64,000 nt of DNA from an uncultured Actinomycetes bacterium (GCA_963719935.1 CAVRDY010000008.1:74118-138117); one strand, 5' to 3'. Counted from the first letter of the stretch, positions 49,725-60,397 are shown. Notes: generated from the sequence alone by a model not told the origin. Program-made: numbers and translations.

Positions 49725-52154
49725 GTGCCCCAGCCCCACCCCCACCCCTTCACCGCACACTGGCGCGCCCGCTGGATCTGGGCCACCCCCCCGGCCATCC
49801 ACCCCGAGGTGGCCACCCGGCCCGTGCTCAGCGACCCCCGCGACCGGATCGTGTTGTTGCGCCGCACCCTCGAGCTCGACACCGTGCCCGACCAGGTGCC
49901 CTGCCGGCTCTGGGTAGACGGGCGGTACCGCATGAGCGTGAACGGCGTGGAGGTGGCCCGGGGGCCGGTGCGCGCCGACCCCCGCCGGGCCCGCTACGAC
50001 CTGGTGGACCTGGCCCCCCACCTGGCCCCTGGCGCCAACGTGGTGGCGGTCACGGCCCGGCACTACGGAACGGCCACCTCCTGGTGGATACCGGTACCTC
50101 CCACCTACTCGCTGGGTGCCGGCTCGTTGGTCTGGGAAGCGCTCGTGGGTGACACGTGGGTGGTCAGTGACTCCCGGTGGCGGGCCCGGGTCGGTGACGC
50201 GTGGACGCCACTGGCTCGGGGGGGCGAGCTGGCCAGCCTGCCTCTCGAGTCCTTCGATTCCCGCGTCCATCCCCACGGCTGGGACCGGCCGGGCTTCGAC
50301 GACAGCGCCTGGGAAACCGCAACCGAGATCGTCCCCTTCCACACCGGTGCGCACGGCGACCCGCACCCGCCCAGCGAACCGTACGGGCTGCTACGCCCGC
50401 CGGTGCGCACGGCCTTCCCGGCCGGAGCGCATCATCGTGCCTCGGAGGTGCGGCGCCGCTGGGTGGCCGGTACGGCCACCCAGCCCGACCCGGTGGACCA
50501 GGTCCTGGCCGACGAGACCAGCGGCGAGGTCAGCGGCGCAGACACGGCCGGCACGCCCGCCGGGACCGTCCAGGTGTGGGATCTGGATCTGGGCCGGGTC
50601 GCAGCCGGAACCGTGGAGCTGGCCGTGGCGGACGCGCCCGCCGGCACCACCATCGACGTGGCCGCCGGCGAGCACCTGGGGTCCGACGGTCGGCTGGTCC
50701 CCCTGGGTCAGCACGCCGGCCTGCGCTACGTGTGCGCCGGCGGGTCCGAGTCCTTCTCCTCCTTCGACGTGATCGGGGCCCGGCACCTGCACCTCTCTGT
50801 GCGCTCCCCCCACGGTCTCCCCGACGCGGGCGCCGCCGGGGCGGTACATCTGGATGTGGGCATCACAGACCGGTACCGCCCCCGGCCGCCGGGGGCGGGC
50901 TTCGCCTGCTCTGATCCCGTGCTCGAGCGGATCTACGAGGTGGGGCTGCGCACCGTCGACCTGTGCGCCCTCGATGCCTACGTGGACTGCCCGACCAGGG
51001 AACAGCGGGCCTGGACCGGCGATGCGGTGGTGCACCAGCAGGTGGACCTGGTGACCAACCCGGACTGGTCGATGGCCCGCTGGCATCCACAGCTTGCGGC
51101 CACCCCCCGACCCGACGGGATGCTGCCGATGTGCGCGGCCGCGGACTTCACCGCGGACGACCGCACCTTCATCCCCGACTGGGCTCTGCACTGGGTGCGG
51201 TCGGTGCGCAACCTGGCTCGCTACACCGGCGACTGGGACCTGGTGGCCGAGCTCCTACCGGTGGCCGAGCGGGTCCTCCGCTGGTTCGAGGCCTACCGAG
51301 GTGCCGACGGCCTGCTCCATGAGGTCACGGGATGGGTGCTCATCGACTGGTCGAGCGTCTACACCGCGGGCTGCTCGTCTGCTCTGAACGCGTTGTGGGC
51401 CCGGGGGCTGGAGGACCTGGCCGACCTGGCCGGGGCCCTGGGCAACGCCGGAACCCAGGCCTGGGCCCGGTCGCGGTTCGAAGGGGTGCGGGGGGGGTTC
51501 GAGGTGTTCTGGGATCCCAGCCGGGATCTGTACGTGGACCACACCCTCGACGGGGTACCCCAGCGGGTCGCCGCCCAGCACGGCGGCGCGGCCGCGCTTG
51601 CTGCAGGCCTGGTCCCTCCCGAGCGGGTCGGCGCCGTGGTGGACCGCCTGGTGGACCGGAGCCGGCTGATCCGCCACTCCTGGGTCATGGACAGCGTCAC
51701 GCCAACGGGAGGCTCGGCCGGCTTCATACACCTGGTGACCGGCTACCCGCCACCCATCTGGGACGTCGAGGACCAGATGGTGGAAGCCCAGCCCTTCTTC
51801 CGTTCCGTGCTCCACGAGGGCCTGGCCCGGGCCGGGCGGTCCGACCTGATCGCCGGGCTGTGCCGCGACTGGTCGGTGTTCCTCGATGCCGGCGAGACCA
51901 CCTGGCCCGAGTGCTGGGTGGGTGGCACCCGCTGCCACGGCTGGTCCTCCACTCCCAGCCACGACCTGGTGGTGCACACGGTGGGGATCTCCCCAGCCGA
52001 GGCGGGCTACGCACGCGTGCGGGTGGCTCCGGCCCTGGGTGACCTGGAGTGGGCGCGGGCCACGGTGCCCACCCCCCACGGGCCCGTCACCGTCGAAGCC
52101 CACTCCGACGGTCGTGTCGAGGTGGACAGCCCCGTGCCGGTGGTGCGGGTCTGA
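49725..52154 (+). CDS. Alpha-L-rhamnosidase (GH78)-like glycosidase
   Basis: VDCPTREQRAWTGD, IDW, GETTWPECW and CHGWSSTP. Confidence 0.85.
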   Translation: MPQPHPHPFTAHWRARWIWATPPAIHPEVATRPVLSDPRDRIVLLRRTLELDTVPDQVPCRLWVDGRYRMSVNGVEVARGPVRADPRRARYDLVDLAPHLAPGANVVAVTARHYGTATSWWIPVPPTYSLGAGSLVWEALVGDTWVVSDSRWRARVGDAWTPLARGGELASLPLESFDSRVHPHGWDRPGFDDSAWETATEIVPFHTGAHGDPHPPSEPYGLLRPPVRTAFPAGAHHRASEVRRRWVAGTATQPDPVDQVLADETSGEVSGADTAGTPAGTVQVWDLDLGRVAAGTVELAVADAPAGTTIDVAAGEHLGSDGRLVPLGQHAGLRYVCAGGSESFSSFDVIGARHLHLSVRSPHGLPDAGAAGAVHLDVGITDRYRPRPPGAGFACSDPVLERIYEVGLRTVDLCALDAYVDCPTREQRAWTGDAVVHQQVDLVTNPDWSMARWHPQLAATPRPDGMLPMCAAADFTADDRTFIPDWALHWVRSVRNLARYTGDWDLVAELLPVAERVLRWFEAYRGADGLLHEVTGWVLIDWSSVYTAGCSSALNALWARGLEDLADLAGALGNAGTQAWARSRFEGVRGGFEVFWDPSRDLYVDHTLDGVPQRVAAQHGGAAALAAGLVPPERVGAVVDRLVDRSRLIRHSWVMDSVTPTGGSAGFIHLVTGYPPPIWDVEDQMVEAQPFFRSVLHEGLARAGRSDLIAGLCRDWSVFLDAGETTWPECWVGGTRCHGWSSTPSHDLVVHTVGISPAEAGYARVRVAPALGDLEWARATVPTPHGPVTVEAHSDGRVEVDSPVPVVRV

Positions 52155-52221
52155 GCGAGCGTCGGACCGCTCACTGCGCACCGCGGCCGGGCGCCTGGTG
52201 GGCCCCAGGGTCGGGTGCAGG

Positions 52222-53925
52222 TCAGGGCATCGCCAGAGGCGGAACCTTCGAGGCCCTGTAGACGAACCAGTTCTGGTCGTCGTCGTCGACGGCGAGACGC
52301 CACACGACCTCGGCTGCGTCTGTGCCCTCGGGAACCGCCTCGACCACCCAGGGACGACCCTGGCGGCGGCCGCCGTGGGCCACCAGGACGTTGCCGTTGG
52401 CCAGCAGGTCGGCGTCGCCCACGAAGGGGCCGAACACAGGGTTCCCGTCGTCGTCAGGGGTGACCCACTCCCAGGCCAGGGAGAACTCGGGAACGCTGCC
52501 AGAGCGGTCGATGTCGTAGCGGACCGCCCGGCTGGCGGGGCCGGGTGGCGCGGGGCCGTCGAGGGGCTCGGGGCGGTTGTTGCCGTTGTCGTAGACCAGC
52601 AGCGAACCGTCGTCCTCCCACTCGGGGGCGTGTTGTCCGTATGTCCACGCCGAGGGGTCGGCGCCGACCAGTGCTGCGGTACCCGACGGTCCCGTCGACC
52701 ACAGGACCTCCCCGGAAGGACCGGCCTCGTCGGCGCGGTAGCGGAACGCCAGCAACATGTCGAGGTGGCGGATGGATACGACCACCTCGTTGGTGGACTC
52801 GTCGACCAGCACGGCGTTGGCGTGGCTCCAGTCGCCGGCGTCGGGCGCCTCGGGGAAGAAGGGATCGGGGACCACGGCCTCACAGAAGGCCCAGCCGGGA
52901 AGCTCGCGGGGGTCCACCATGTCGGCCAGGGCCCAGCGATCCTCGACAGCCCCGGTGGCTCGGTCGAAGATCACGATCTCGTCGCTGACGAGCTGGTAGC
53001 GGCCCTCGAAGGTCGCCGGGTCTTCCTCGCACTGAGGCGAGGTGAACCCGTCCACCTCGACCAACTCGGGAACCAGGGTCACGATGCGCCCGTCCCCGAG
53101 GTCGGTCAGCTCGTGGTGGAACTGGTGCACCTCAACGGGTACGACCAGCTCGGGATCGTCGCCCACGAGAGGTCGACCGAAGCCGTCGGTGCTGCGCTCG
53201 GCCACCCGGTCGGTGACGTACTCGCGCACGGTGCGGCCCATCAGGTCGACCTCGCGGCCGCCTCCGGCCCGGAAGAGCATCAAGACGGTGCCTTCGGTGG
53301 TCATCGAGACCTGGTCGATGGTCTGGGTCGAGTCGTAGTACCAGACCACCTCGCCCGCCTCGTCCAACGCGAGCGCGAAGGACTCTCGGTCGTGGGCGAC
53401 CGGAGGTGGGGGCTCTTGGCCTTCTTCCGGGAACGAACCGAGGCGTCCCACGTTCAGGAGGATGACCCCCGGCTGGACGCTGTCCGGGTCGCTCTCCACC
53501 GCCAGGGGCGGGGCGTCGGGCGGCAGAGGTCCGGCTACCACCTCGACAGTGGTGGTAGCCGCGGCACCCGAGTCGCTACCCGAGGTGGTCGGGTCGGGCG
53601 GCAGGGCGGTGAGGGTGGCGGTGTAGGTGCGGTCGGGACGCATGCCCACGACAGCAAGCTCGTGATCGGTGCCAGGTTCGGTGGGCGGCACCTCCACGCG
53701 ATGGTCGCCGCTGACCAGTTCGGCTGACACCACGGCCGGTTCTTCGGTCGACACCTGGATCCAGGCGCTGAGCGGGCTGTTGTCGTTGGCCACGACACTG
53801 GCTGCACCCATGGTCACCCGGTCCGGCGTCGGATCGGCGTCTTCGCCGGAACCAGCGCTGGTGCAGGCGGAGAAGACCACCGTCAGTGCAACCAGAGCCC
53901 CGCACGGGATTCGACGGTCGCGCAT
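52222..53925 (-). CDS. Aryl-sulfate sulfotransferase (ASST) family lipoprotein
   Basis: Lipobox VFSAC; FHHEL, DWSHANAV, YGQH, YDNGN and YRA motifs. Confidence 0.85.
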   Translation of the reverse strand: MRDRRIPCGALVALTVVFSACTSAGSGEDADPTPDRVTMGAASVVANDNSPLSAWIQVSTEEPAVVSAELVSGDHRVEVPPTEPGTDHELAVVGMRPDRTYTATLTALPPDPTTSGSDSGAAATTTVEVVAGPLPPDAPPLAVESDPDSVQPGVILLNVGRLGSFPEEGQEPPPPVAHDRESFALALDEAGEVVWYYDSTQTIDQVSMTTEGTVLMLFRAGGGREVDLMGRTVREYVTDRVAERSTDGFGRPLVGDDPELVVPVEVHQFHHELTDLGDGRIVTLVPELVEVDGFTSPQCEEDPATFEGRYQLVSDEIVIFDRATGAVEDRWALADMVDPRELPGWAFCEAVVPDPFFPEAPDAGDWSHANAVLVDESTNEVVVSIRHLDMLLAFRYRADEAGPSGEVLWSTGPSGTAALVGADPSAWTYGQHAPEWEDDGSLLVYDNGNNRPEPLDGPAPPGPASRAVRYDIDRSGSVPEFSLAWEWVTPDDDGNPVFGPFVGDADLLANGNVLVAHGGRRQGRPWVVEAVPEGTDAAEVVWRLAVDDDDQNWFVYRASKVPPLAMP

Positions 53926-53989
53926 GTGCCATCCTCGCACGTCGGGGCCATCACCTAGGCTCATCCCATCACGCCCACGGAGGTCCGTC

Positions 53990-54457
53990 ATGCCCGCCCT
54001 ACATCTCGGAGAGCTGCAACTCACCAGCCCGGCCTTCACCCACGGGTCCCGCATCCCCGACCGGCACACCTGCAACGGCGAGGACGTCTCGCCCGAACTG
54101 TCATGGACCGGCACGCCTGACGGTACGGTCGAGTTCGCTCTCGTCTGCCACGATCCGGACGCACCGCTCACCGACGGGTTCACCCACTGGGTCGTCTCGG
54201 GTATCCCCGCGGACTCCATCGGGATACCCGAGGGCGGAGGTGGCGCCTGGAACCAGGGCACAACCGACTTCGGGGCCCAGCAGTACAACGGCCCCGCACC
54301 ACCTCCGGGGCACGGCCTGCACCACTACTTCTTCCACCTCTACGCCCTGAGCGGTCGGGTCGAGGCCGACGCCGTTACCACCCGGGCCGACCTCTTGGCC
54401 CGTATCGACCCGCTGATCCTGGTGCAGGCTCGCCTGGTGGGCACCTACGACCGCTGA
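53990..54457 (+). CDS. YbhB/YbcL (PEBP) family protein
   Basis: VSPELSW, HDPDAP...FTHWV and GPAPPPGHGLHHY. Confidence 0.9.
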   Translation: MPALHLGELQLTSPAFTHGSRIPDRHTCNGEDVSPELSWTGTPDGTVEFALVCHDPDAPLTDGFTHWVVSGIPADSIGIPEGGGGAWNQGTTDFGAQQYNGPAPPPGHGLHHYFFHLYALSGRVEADAVTTRADLLARIDPLILVQARLVGTYDR

Positions 54458-54488
54458 CCGGATCCGGGGTCACTCTGGCCTCGACGGC

Positions 54489-55637
54489 TCAGGCCGTAGG
54501 TTCCTCGTTCCCTTCCATGCCGGCCCTGTCGGCAGCAGTCGGTTCGGCGGTCGGCAAGGCGTTCGCCCCGTCCGGCGCTGCGGCCCGGTCCGGCGTGGCG
54601 GGCACGACGAGGCCGGCCGCGTCCAGAGTGCGGACCGCCAGAGTGTGTCCCAGTTCGATCATGTCCGACGCCCGGTGAAAATCGAGGCTTCGACAGGCGT
54701 CCTTGGGAATGGAGACCAGCACGTCGGGGGGATAGCCGGCCAGGCGGTAGCGGGTCAGCACCGCCTGCATGGCGTCGATGGACTGGGTCATCACGTCCAG
54801 CTTGCCGAGACCCTCGGGTAGGGCGTGCAGGCCCCCTTCGACAACCACCGCTGGCTCTGGGTCCGCTCCCTCGTCGCCGACCTCGCCGTCACGACGACCC
54901 GAACCAGCATCGACGTCCTCACCACCACCGAAGCGACCCAGGACCGAGCGGATCATGTCGCGGTCGAGCAGACTGGCTGCGCTGCGCCGGAACCGGTCAC
55001 CCCACTCCTCCACCGGCCGCTCCTCTGCGGTGGCCTGCTCGGGGGGCCCGTCACCCACTTGGGCGTCCTGGGGCTCTCCGGCCAGGGACACGGCCACGGT
55101 CAGGTCGGCATGAACGGCTGAGGTCGGCGCGATGGGCACCGGGTTGGTGAGCCCGCCGTCAGCCAGCAGGCGGCCGTTGAGCATGATCGGCGTGACGATG
55201 GTGGGGATGGCGATCGAGGCGCGCAGGGCCATGTCCAGGGGACCTCGCTGGAACCAAACCTCACGCCGGGTGAGCAGGTCGGTGGCCACCGCGGTGAAGG
55301 CCACGGGGAGGTCCTCGATCTGGGCTCCGGCCACCAGTTCCCTCACACGGCTGAAGATCTTCTCGGCCCGGATGGCGCCGGGAGCGGAAAGGGAGAGGTC
55401 CAGGAGCCGCAGGACGTCGAGTTGGTGCAGGTCCACGGCCCAGTCGCGGAACTCGTCGAGCGCGCCGGCGGCGTGGACACCCCCGACCAGAGCTCCCATG
55501 GACGAGCCGGCGATGGCGACCAGCTCGACGCCCCGCTCGGTCAGTGCGTCGATGACCCCGATGTGGGCGTAGCCCCGCGCGCCGCCGCTCCCCAAGGCCA
55601 GGGCCACCCGCAGGGGTCGCCTGATGCGCGACTCCAT
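54489..55637 (-). CDS. Patatin-like phospholipase (RssA-like)
   Basis: GSGGARG, GSSMG and DGG. Confidence 0.9.
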   Translation of the reverse strand: MESRIRRPLRVALALGSGGARGYAHIGVIDALTERGVELVAIAGSSMGALVGGVHAAGALDEFRDWAVDLHQLDVLRLLDLSLSAPGAIRAEKIFSRVRELVAGAQIEDLPVAFTAVATDLLTRREVWFQRGPLDMALRASIAIPTIVTPIMLNGRLLADGGLTNPVPIAPTSAVHADLTVAVSLAGEPQDAQVGDGPPEQATAEERPVEEWGDRFRRSAASLLDRDMIRSVLGRFGGGEDVDAGSGRRDGEVGDEGADPEPAVVVEGGLHALPEGLGKLDVMTQSIDAMQAVLTRYRLAGYPPDVLVSIPKDACRSLDFHRASDMIELGHTLAVRTLDAAGLVVPATPDRAAAPDGANALPTAEPTAADRAGMEGNEEPTA

Positions 55638-55724
55638 TCCACGATGGTAGGGAACCCGGGGGCCCGTCTCGGACCGGGCCGCTGTTCCGTGTTGGATAGC
55701 GTGAGGCGACCCCGAGGAGGACCC

Positions 55725-56135
55725 GTGGCGAAGACGACCGATTCCCGACCCCCCAACCTGCTGGCCCGCCTGGCCATGGGCTCACTGCTGAACGTTGTGG
55801 GCACCGCGCACTTCGTTTCCCCCGCCAAGTTCGACGCCCTCATCCCCGAGGAGCTACCGGCCCCCAGGTTCTGGACCTACGCGTCGGGGGTCACCGAGGT
55901 CGGCCTGGGATCCGCACTCCTGCTGCGTCCCACCCGCCCGGTCGGCTGGCTGGTGGTGGTACTCCTGTTGGCCATCTTCCCGGCCAACATCAACCAGGCC
56001 GTTCGCCAGGTCGAGATCCCCGGCACACCCACGCCGCCCCGTTGGGCGCTGTGGGCCCGCCTCCCCCTCCAGGCGGTGATGATCTGGGCGGCGCTGGCGG
56101 CTACCCGGCCCCCGATCTCCCCCGCATCCCGCTGA
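55725..56135 (+). CDS. DoxX-like membrane protein
   Basis: GTAHF, ASGVTE, IFPANI and RLPLQ. Confidence 0.8.
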   Translation: MAKTTDSRPPNLLARLAMGSLLNVVGTAHFVSPAKFDALIPEELPAPRFWTYASGVTEVGLGSALLLRPTRPVGWLVVVLLLAIFPANINQAVRQVEIPGTPTPPRWALWARLPLQAVMIWAALAATRPPISPASR

Positions 56136-56218
56136 GGTATCCACGAGGGGTTCACATTTCGCTCACATCACCGGGGCATGCTCGTCGGGTGCAGCGCAGC
56201 CGCAGTACCCGCTTGGCG

Positions 56219-57334
56219 GTGAACCCATCCTCTCCACGTGTCGCGGCGCGGGCCGTGGTGCTCGCCCTGTCACTGATGGCTGCCGGCTGTGCAAGCCAGA
56301 GCGGCGGTTCAGGGGCGGTTCCCGACGCGATCGCAGCACCGACCACCTCGCCTCCGACCACCTCGCCTCCGACCACCTCGCCGCCGACCACCTCCGATTC
56401 GCCCGCTGACCCGGGGTGCTCCACTGACGGGGCCGGTGCGGCAGGCTCCACAGGCGCAACAGAGGTGGATCTCCACCGAGACCTGGTCTATGCCGCACTT
56501 CCCGAGGTCGACCCCGAGCTGTTGTCACTCGACCTGGCCGTCCCCCGACCGGCGGGGGGTTGCGGCCCCGTACCGCTGGTGGTCTTCGTCCACGGAGGGG
56601 GGTTCCGGCGCGGTGACAAGGCCCGCGCCGTCGACGGCCCCCACCACGTGGGCTCCTCGGACACGACAGTGTCGGACAAGGTGGCGTGGGCGACCGGTCA
56701 CGGGTGGGCGTTCGCGTCGGTGAACTACCGGCTGATGGGTGATCCTCGTAGCGGGTCGTTGCCTTCCGCCTGGCCCGGAGAAGCCGAGGACGTGGCCGCG
56801 GCTCTGGCCTGGTTGACCGGCCACGCCGGGGACTACGGCATCGATCCCGACCGCGTGGCGGTGATGGGGCACTCGGCGGGGGCGTTCCTGGCAGCCCAGG
56901 TCGGTGCCGACGAGAGCCTGATGACCCGAGCCGGTGGTGACCCCACGAGCCTGGTGTGCGTGGTCCCGATCGACATCGGGGGGTACGACCTCACCACTCT
57001 CGTCGACCAGGACACGACCGGACTGTGGCCGGCGATGTTCCCCGATCCCGAGCACTGGGCACAGGCCAGCCCCCAGTTGCGCATAGCCGAGCGCTCCCCG
57101 GCCAACGACTGGCTCATCGTGACCCGGGGCCTACCGGCCCGCCAGGCGATGGCGGCGGCAATGGCCGACGCCGTGGTGGCCGCGGGTGGCACGGCCGAGG
57201 TGCTCGCCGCCGATCCGCTGACCCACAACGAGGCCAACGCGGTCATCGGGAGCACCGACGACCGCGTCGTCACGCCCACCCTCACCCCGTTCCTCGCCGA
57301 GTGCTTCGCCGACCCGTCGCAACCCGACCCTTGA
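56219..57334 (+). CDS. Alpha/beta hydrolase lipoprotein (BD-FAE-like) with PTTSP linker repeats
   Basis: Lipobox AAGC, HGGGF, SVNYRL and GHSAG. Confidence 0.85.
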   Translation: MNPSSPRVAARAVVLALSLMAAGCASQSGGSGAVPDAIAAPTTSPPTTSPPTTSPPTTSDSPADPGCSTDGAGAAGSTGATEVDLHRDLVYAALPEVDPELLSLDLAVPRPAGGCGPVPLVVFVHGGGFRRGDKARAVDGPHHVGSSDTTVSDKVAWATGHGWAFASVNYRLMGDPRSGSLPSAWPGEAEDVAAALAWLTGHAGDYGIDPDRVAVMGHSAGAFLAAQVGADESLMTRAGGDPTSLVCVVPIDIGGYDLTTLVDQDTTGLWPAMFPDPEHWAQASPQLRIAERSPANDWLIVTRGLPARQAMAAAMADAVVAAGGTAEVLAADPLTHNEANAVIGSTDDRVVTPTLTPFLAECFADPSQPDP

Positions 57335-57346
57335 CGGACCGTGCCT

Positions 57347-58990
57347 TCAGCGCCGGCCGGCGTGGCGGCGCACCCGCACGAGCATGCGGACCATCTCCTC
57401 GGCCAGCTCGGGCGGTGCCGCCAGGGGGTTGTTGTAGAGCACGTACTCCTTGGCCACCAGCGTGGCCAGGTAGTCCAGCAGTGCCCGCTCGTCCTCTTTG
57501 ACCAGCAGGTAGTCGCCGTGACGGTCGTTGAAGAGCACCACACCTCGGTCGGCGTCGAAGCGGCTGCGATCCTCGCCAGGCGTGGGATCCGCCTCCAGGG
57601 ACGGAAGATCCCCGCTGCGGCGTCGGCGGGCATCGGGCTGCGCAGGCTCGGGATCCGTCGGCGGGGGGGTTTCGCCCAGAGGTTGGCTGTCACCCAAGCC
57701 GGCCAGCGGTGGTGGTTCCCGTTCGGGGATCCCGGGGCCCGCTCCCTCGGGTGACTCGCCCGCTCCGGGGGGCCACTCAGGATCCTCCTCCCCGCCGCCG
57801 GCCTCGCCCCGATCGGCGTCAAGCAAGCCTCCTTCGCCGGGGTTGTCGCCCACCGGGGCCCGCATGGGGTTGTCCAGGTCGGCCAGCTCCTTCAGTACGC
57901 GGCTGAAGATGCGCCGTACGGCGTCGTTGAGCCGGTCGGCGGTCTGCTCGTCCAGCTCGCGGTCCAGCCTCTCCAGGGTTCGGGTGACCGCAGGTTCCAC
58001 GGCGGCCAGCGCGTCGAGGAAGACGGGGAAGGCCTCCCGGTCCCGGAGGATGGCCCGGCGTCCGGCTGACTGCTGGAGCGCGGCGAAGGCCACCTGACCA
58101 CTGACCCGGTCGGTGCTCCAGGGAGGTCCGTCCAGCTCCTCCAGCTCGGCAAGGTCGTCGATGATGGTGGTACCGGCGCGGCCCACGACCGACACCCGGC
58201 GCCTACCACCACCGGGAGGTGCCACGTAGAGGGAGAACTCGATGCGTCCCCACAGCGTGTGACGCGCGGGCAGGTGCAGCTTGATTCCCTCAGGCTTCTC
58301 GGGCGTGACCAGCTCAGAGCGCTTGCCTTCGACCACCTCGAGCTCGTAGTCGCCGTTGGCCAGTGCCGCACCCCGGCGCACGCGCAGGTAGTCCACGACC
58401 TTGCGTTGGGTGAGCATCCGCAGCACCTCGGGGTCGAGGTCGCCGAGGTACACGGTCGTGCCCGGCACCTGACGGGCCCGTGAACTGCGGCGCTCCCGCC
58501 CCAGCGCCGCGGTGGCCTCGCCCCGACGCAGCGTCAGTGTCCAGGTCTCGTCACTGTCCTCGGCCCGGGAGACCACCTCGCAGCGTCCGCCGAGCTGCTG
58601 GAACGCCAGGATGCCGATGGCCTTCTCACCCAAGGTGCGATCGTCACCGGCCTTGGACGACTCGAAGAGGCTGCGGGCAACCTCGCGCAACCGGTCAGGA
58701 GACATGCCCCGGCCCGTGTCGTCCACCGCGATGAGCGGGTGGGCCCCGCGTCGGCGCAGCACGACCCGGATGCGACCGCCCCGACGGTCCAGCTCCGCGT
58801 ACTCGTCGGCTGCGTTCGACACGAACTCGTTGAGGGCGTCCTTGGGGTCCTGGTAGGCCTGGCCGGTGACGAGGACCGCCTTGGCCAGGTTGCCGATGCG
58901 TAGGCGCACCGTCTCAGCTCCCGAGGCCCGGCCCTTCTTGCGGCGCGGGCGGCTGGTGCGGGAAGACCCGGTCGACCCTGCAGTGGGCAT
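57347..58990 (-). CDS. GHKL (MORC/HSP90-like) ATPase; start may be GTG 58909
   Basis: ALNEFVSNAAD, DDTGRGM, GEKAIGILAF and GTTV motifs. Confidence 0.8.
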   Translation of the reverse strand: MPTAGSTGSSRTSRPRRKKGRASGAETVRLRIGNLAKAVLVTGQAYQDPKDALNEFVSNAADEYAELDRRGGRIRVVLRRRGAHPLIAVDDTGRGMSPDRLREVARSLFESSKAGDDRTLGEKAIGILAFQQLGGRCEVVSRAEDSDETWTLTLRRGEATAALGRERRSSRARQVPGTTVYLGDLDPEVLRMLTQRKVVDYLRVRRGAALANGDYELEVVEGKRSELVTPEKPEGIKLHLPARHTLWGRIEFSLYVAPPGGGRRRVSVVGRAGTTIIDDLAELEELDGPPWSTDRVSGQVAFAALQQSAGRRAILRDREAFPVFLDALAAVEPAVTRTLERLDRELDEQTADRLNDAVRRIFSRVLKELADLDNPMRAPVGDNPGEGGLLDADRGEAGGGEEDPEWPPGAGESPEGAGPGIPEREPPPLAGLGDSQPLGETPPPTDPEPAQPDARRRRSGDLPSLEADPTPGEDRSRFDADRGVVLFNDRHGDYLLVKEDERALLDYLATLVAKEYVLYNNPLAAPPELAEEMVRMLVRVRRHAGRR

Positions 58991-59099
58991 GGTCGACGAT
59001 GCTAGGCCTGTCTCGCTCTCGCCATGGACCGACAGATCGAGTCATGGCGGGTGGGCGCGGAACGGGCGATGGCGGGCCATGATGGGGCCCGGAGCAAGC

Positions 59100-59564
59100 A
59101 TGGCCGAGATCCCCGCCGACGTCGCCCAGCCCTTCGTGGAGCTGCCATGGGTTCGATTCCTGGGAATCGAGATGATCTCGGCGGAGCCCGGACGGGTCAC
59201 CTTGGGGATCGATCCACGACCCGAGCACCACAACCAGAACGGCACCGTCAACGCACCGGTGATGTTCGGCCTGGCCGAGGCCGCAGGAGCAGCCGCCTTG
59301 GTCATGGGGTTCCTCGACCTGCTGGGTACGACCTACAGCGTTGTGCGCCACGCGGAGATGCACTTCCTCGCTGCCGCCCGAGGACCGATCACCGCCACAG
59401 GCACCGTCGACCCCCAGGAAGTGGACAGGGTTCGTTCCCTGGTGGAGTCGGGTGAGGCGGTGGATCTCCCGATCCCCGTGGAGGTGCACGACCGGGAGTC
59501 ACGCACCGTCGCCCGGATCGACATGGTCATGGCAGTCCGGGCGCTGCGTGACACAGCAGACTGA
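59100..59564 (+). CDS. PaaI/DUF4442 hotdog-fold thioesterase
   Basis: HHNQNGTVNAPVMFGLAE; stop TGA lies inside the junction motif. Confidence 0.8.
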   Translation: MAEIPADVAQPFVELPWVRFLGIEMISAEPGRVTLGIDPRPEHHNQNGTVNAPVMFGLAEAAGAAALVMGFLDLLGTTYSVVRHAEMHFLAAARGPITATGTVDPQEVDRVRSLVESGEAVDLPIPVEVHDRESRTVARIDMVMAVRALRDTAD

Positions 59565-59593
59565 GGTTCGTGACGGTGCGTGTCATCTGGTCC
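59555..59593 (+). repeat. Array B left boundary site B1
   Basis: 59555-59569 equals 3319-3333; 59561-59593 matches 61113-61145 at 32 of 33 bp. Confidence 0.8.
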
Positions 59594-59731
59594 CAGGCAA
59601 GCCGCGTGCGTTCACCCTGAGCCGCCGCTGGCAGTGGTGCGAGTGGGACCCCGGAGACACGGAGTTGTGCCGATGGCCGACCCGACACCTCTGTTGGCAC
59701 CGCGCTTCCAACGGACAGCCCCATCCAGGGG

Positions 59732-60112
59732 TCAGATCGTCTCCACCCGGACGTGGTCGGCGTGCGTCGCGAGTGCGCGGAGATCTCCAGGATCACCGGT
59801 GAGCACGCGTCCGGCCGGTTCGGCGAACGCGATCACGAGTGCGTCCACAGCCGAGCCCCGCTTCGCGCGGAATCGCAACAGGGCGGCGCGACGTGCTGTC
59901 TTCTCCGGGAACTCGGTGATCAGATCGCAGGTCTTGAGAAGACGGTTCGTGTTCGCGTCCCGCCCCGGACGTCCGGTAACCGATTCGACGACCACGACCG
60001 ATGGAACGGCCGGAGGCCAGAGTCCATCGCGGCGGAGGACGCTGATGATGGCGGCCGTCTGTCGATCTCGGCGCGCGAGTCTCGTGACAGCGCCACTGTC
60101 GAGCACCAACAC
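59732..60112 (-). CDS. vapC: PIN-domain toxin (VapC-like)
   Basis: MLVLDSGAV, VVVE, SAVDALV and LTGDPGDL. Confidence 0.85.
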   Translation of the reverse strand: MLVLDSGAVTRLARRDRQTAAIISVLRRDGLWPPAVPSVVVVESVTGRPGRDANTNRLLKTCDLITEFPEKTARRAALLRFRAKRGSAVDALVIAFAEPAGRVLTGDPGDLRALATHADHVRVETI

Positions 60113-60115
60113 GGC

Positions 60116-60364
60116 TCAGCTGGCGCGATCGGTCGCGTGGGCAGCGAGCTGCCGTGCGATGGCCTCAGCCCGAGCGATCTCGTCTGGTGTCGGTTCGCCC
60201 ACCTCGTCGATCAACTCGGTCAGGTAGGCGTCGGTCTCATCGAGAAGCGACTGGCGGCGCAACTCTGCACGTACCGCCTCCTGCAGGAGCTCCGACGCTG
60301 GAAGGCCGCGCTCCTTCAATTCGTCGTACAGGTCGTCGGGCAGGTACACCTGCATCCGCGGCAT
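60116..60364 (-). CDS. RHH antitoxin (VapB/CcdA-like)
   Basis: MPRMQVYLPDDLY...SELLQEAVRAEL; TATAGT 7 nt upstream suggests a leaderless transcript. Confidence 0.85.
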   Translation of the reverse strand: MPRMQVYLPDDLYDELKERGLPASELLQEAVRAELRRQSLLDETDAYLTELIDEVGEPTPDEIARAEAIARQLAAHATDRAS

Positions 60365-60397
60365 ACGCCTAACTATACACACTGCGCTCGATCGCGT

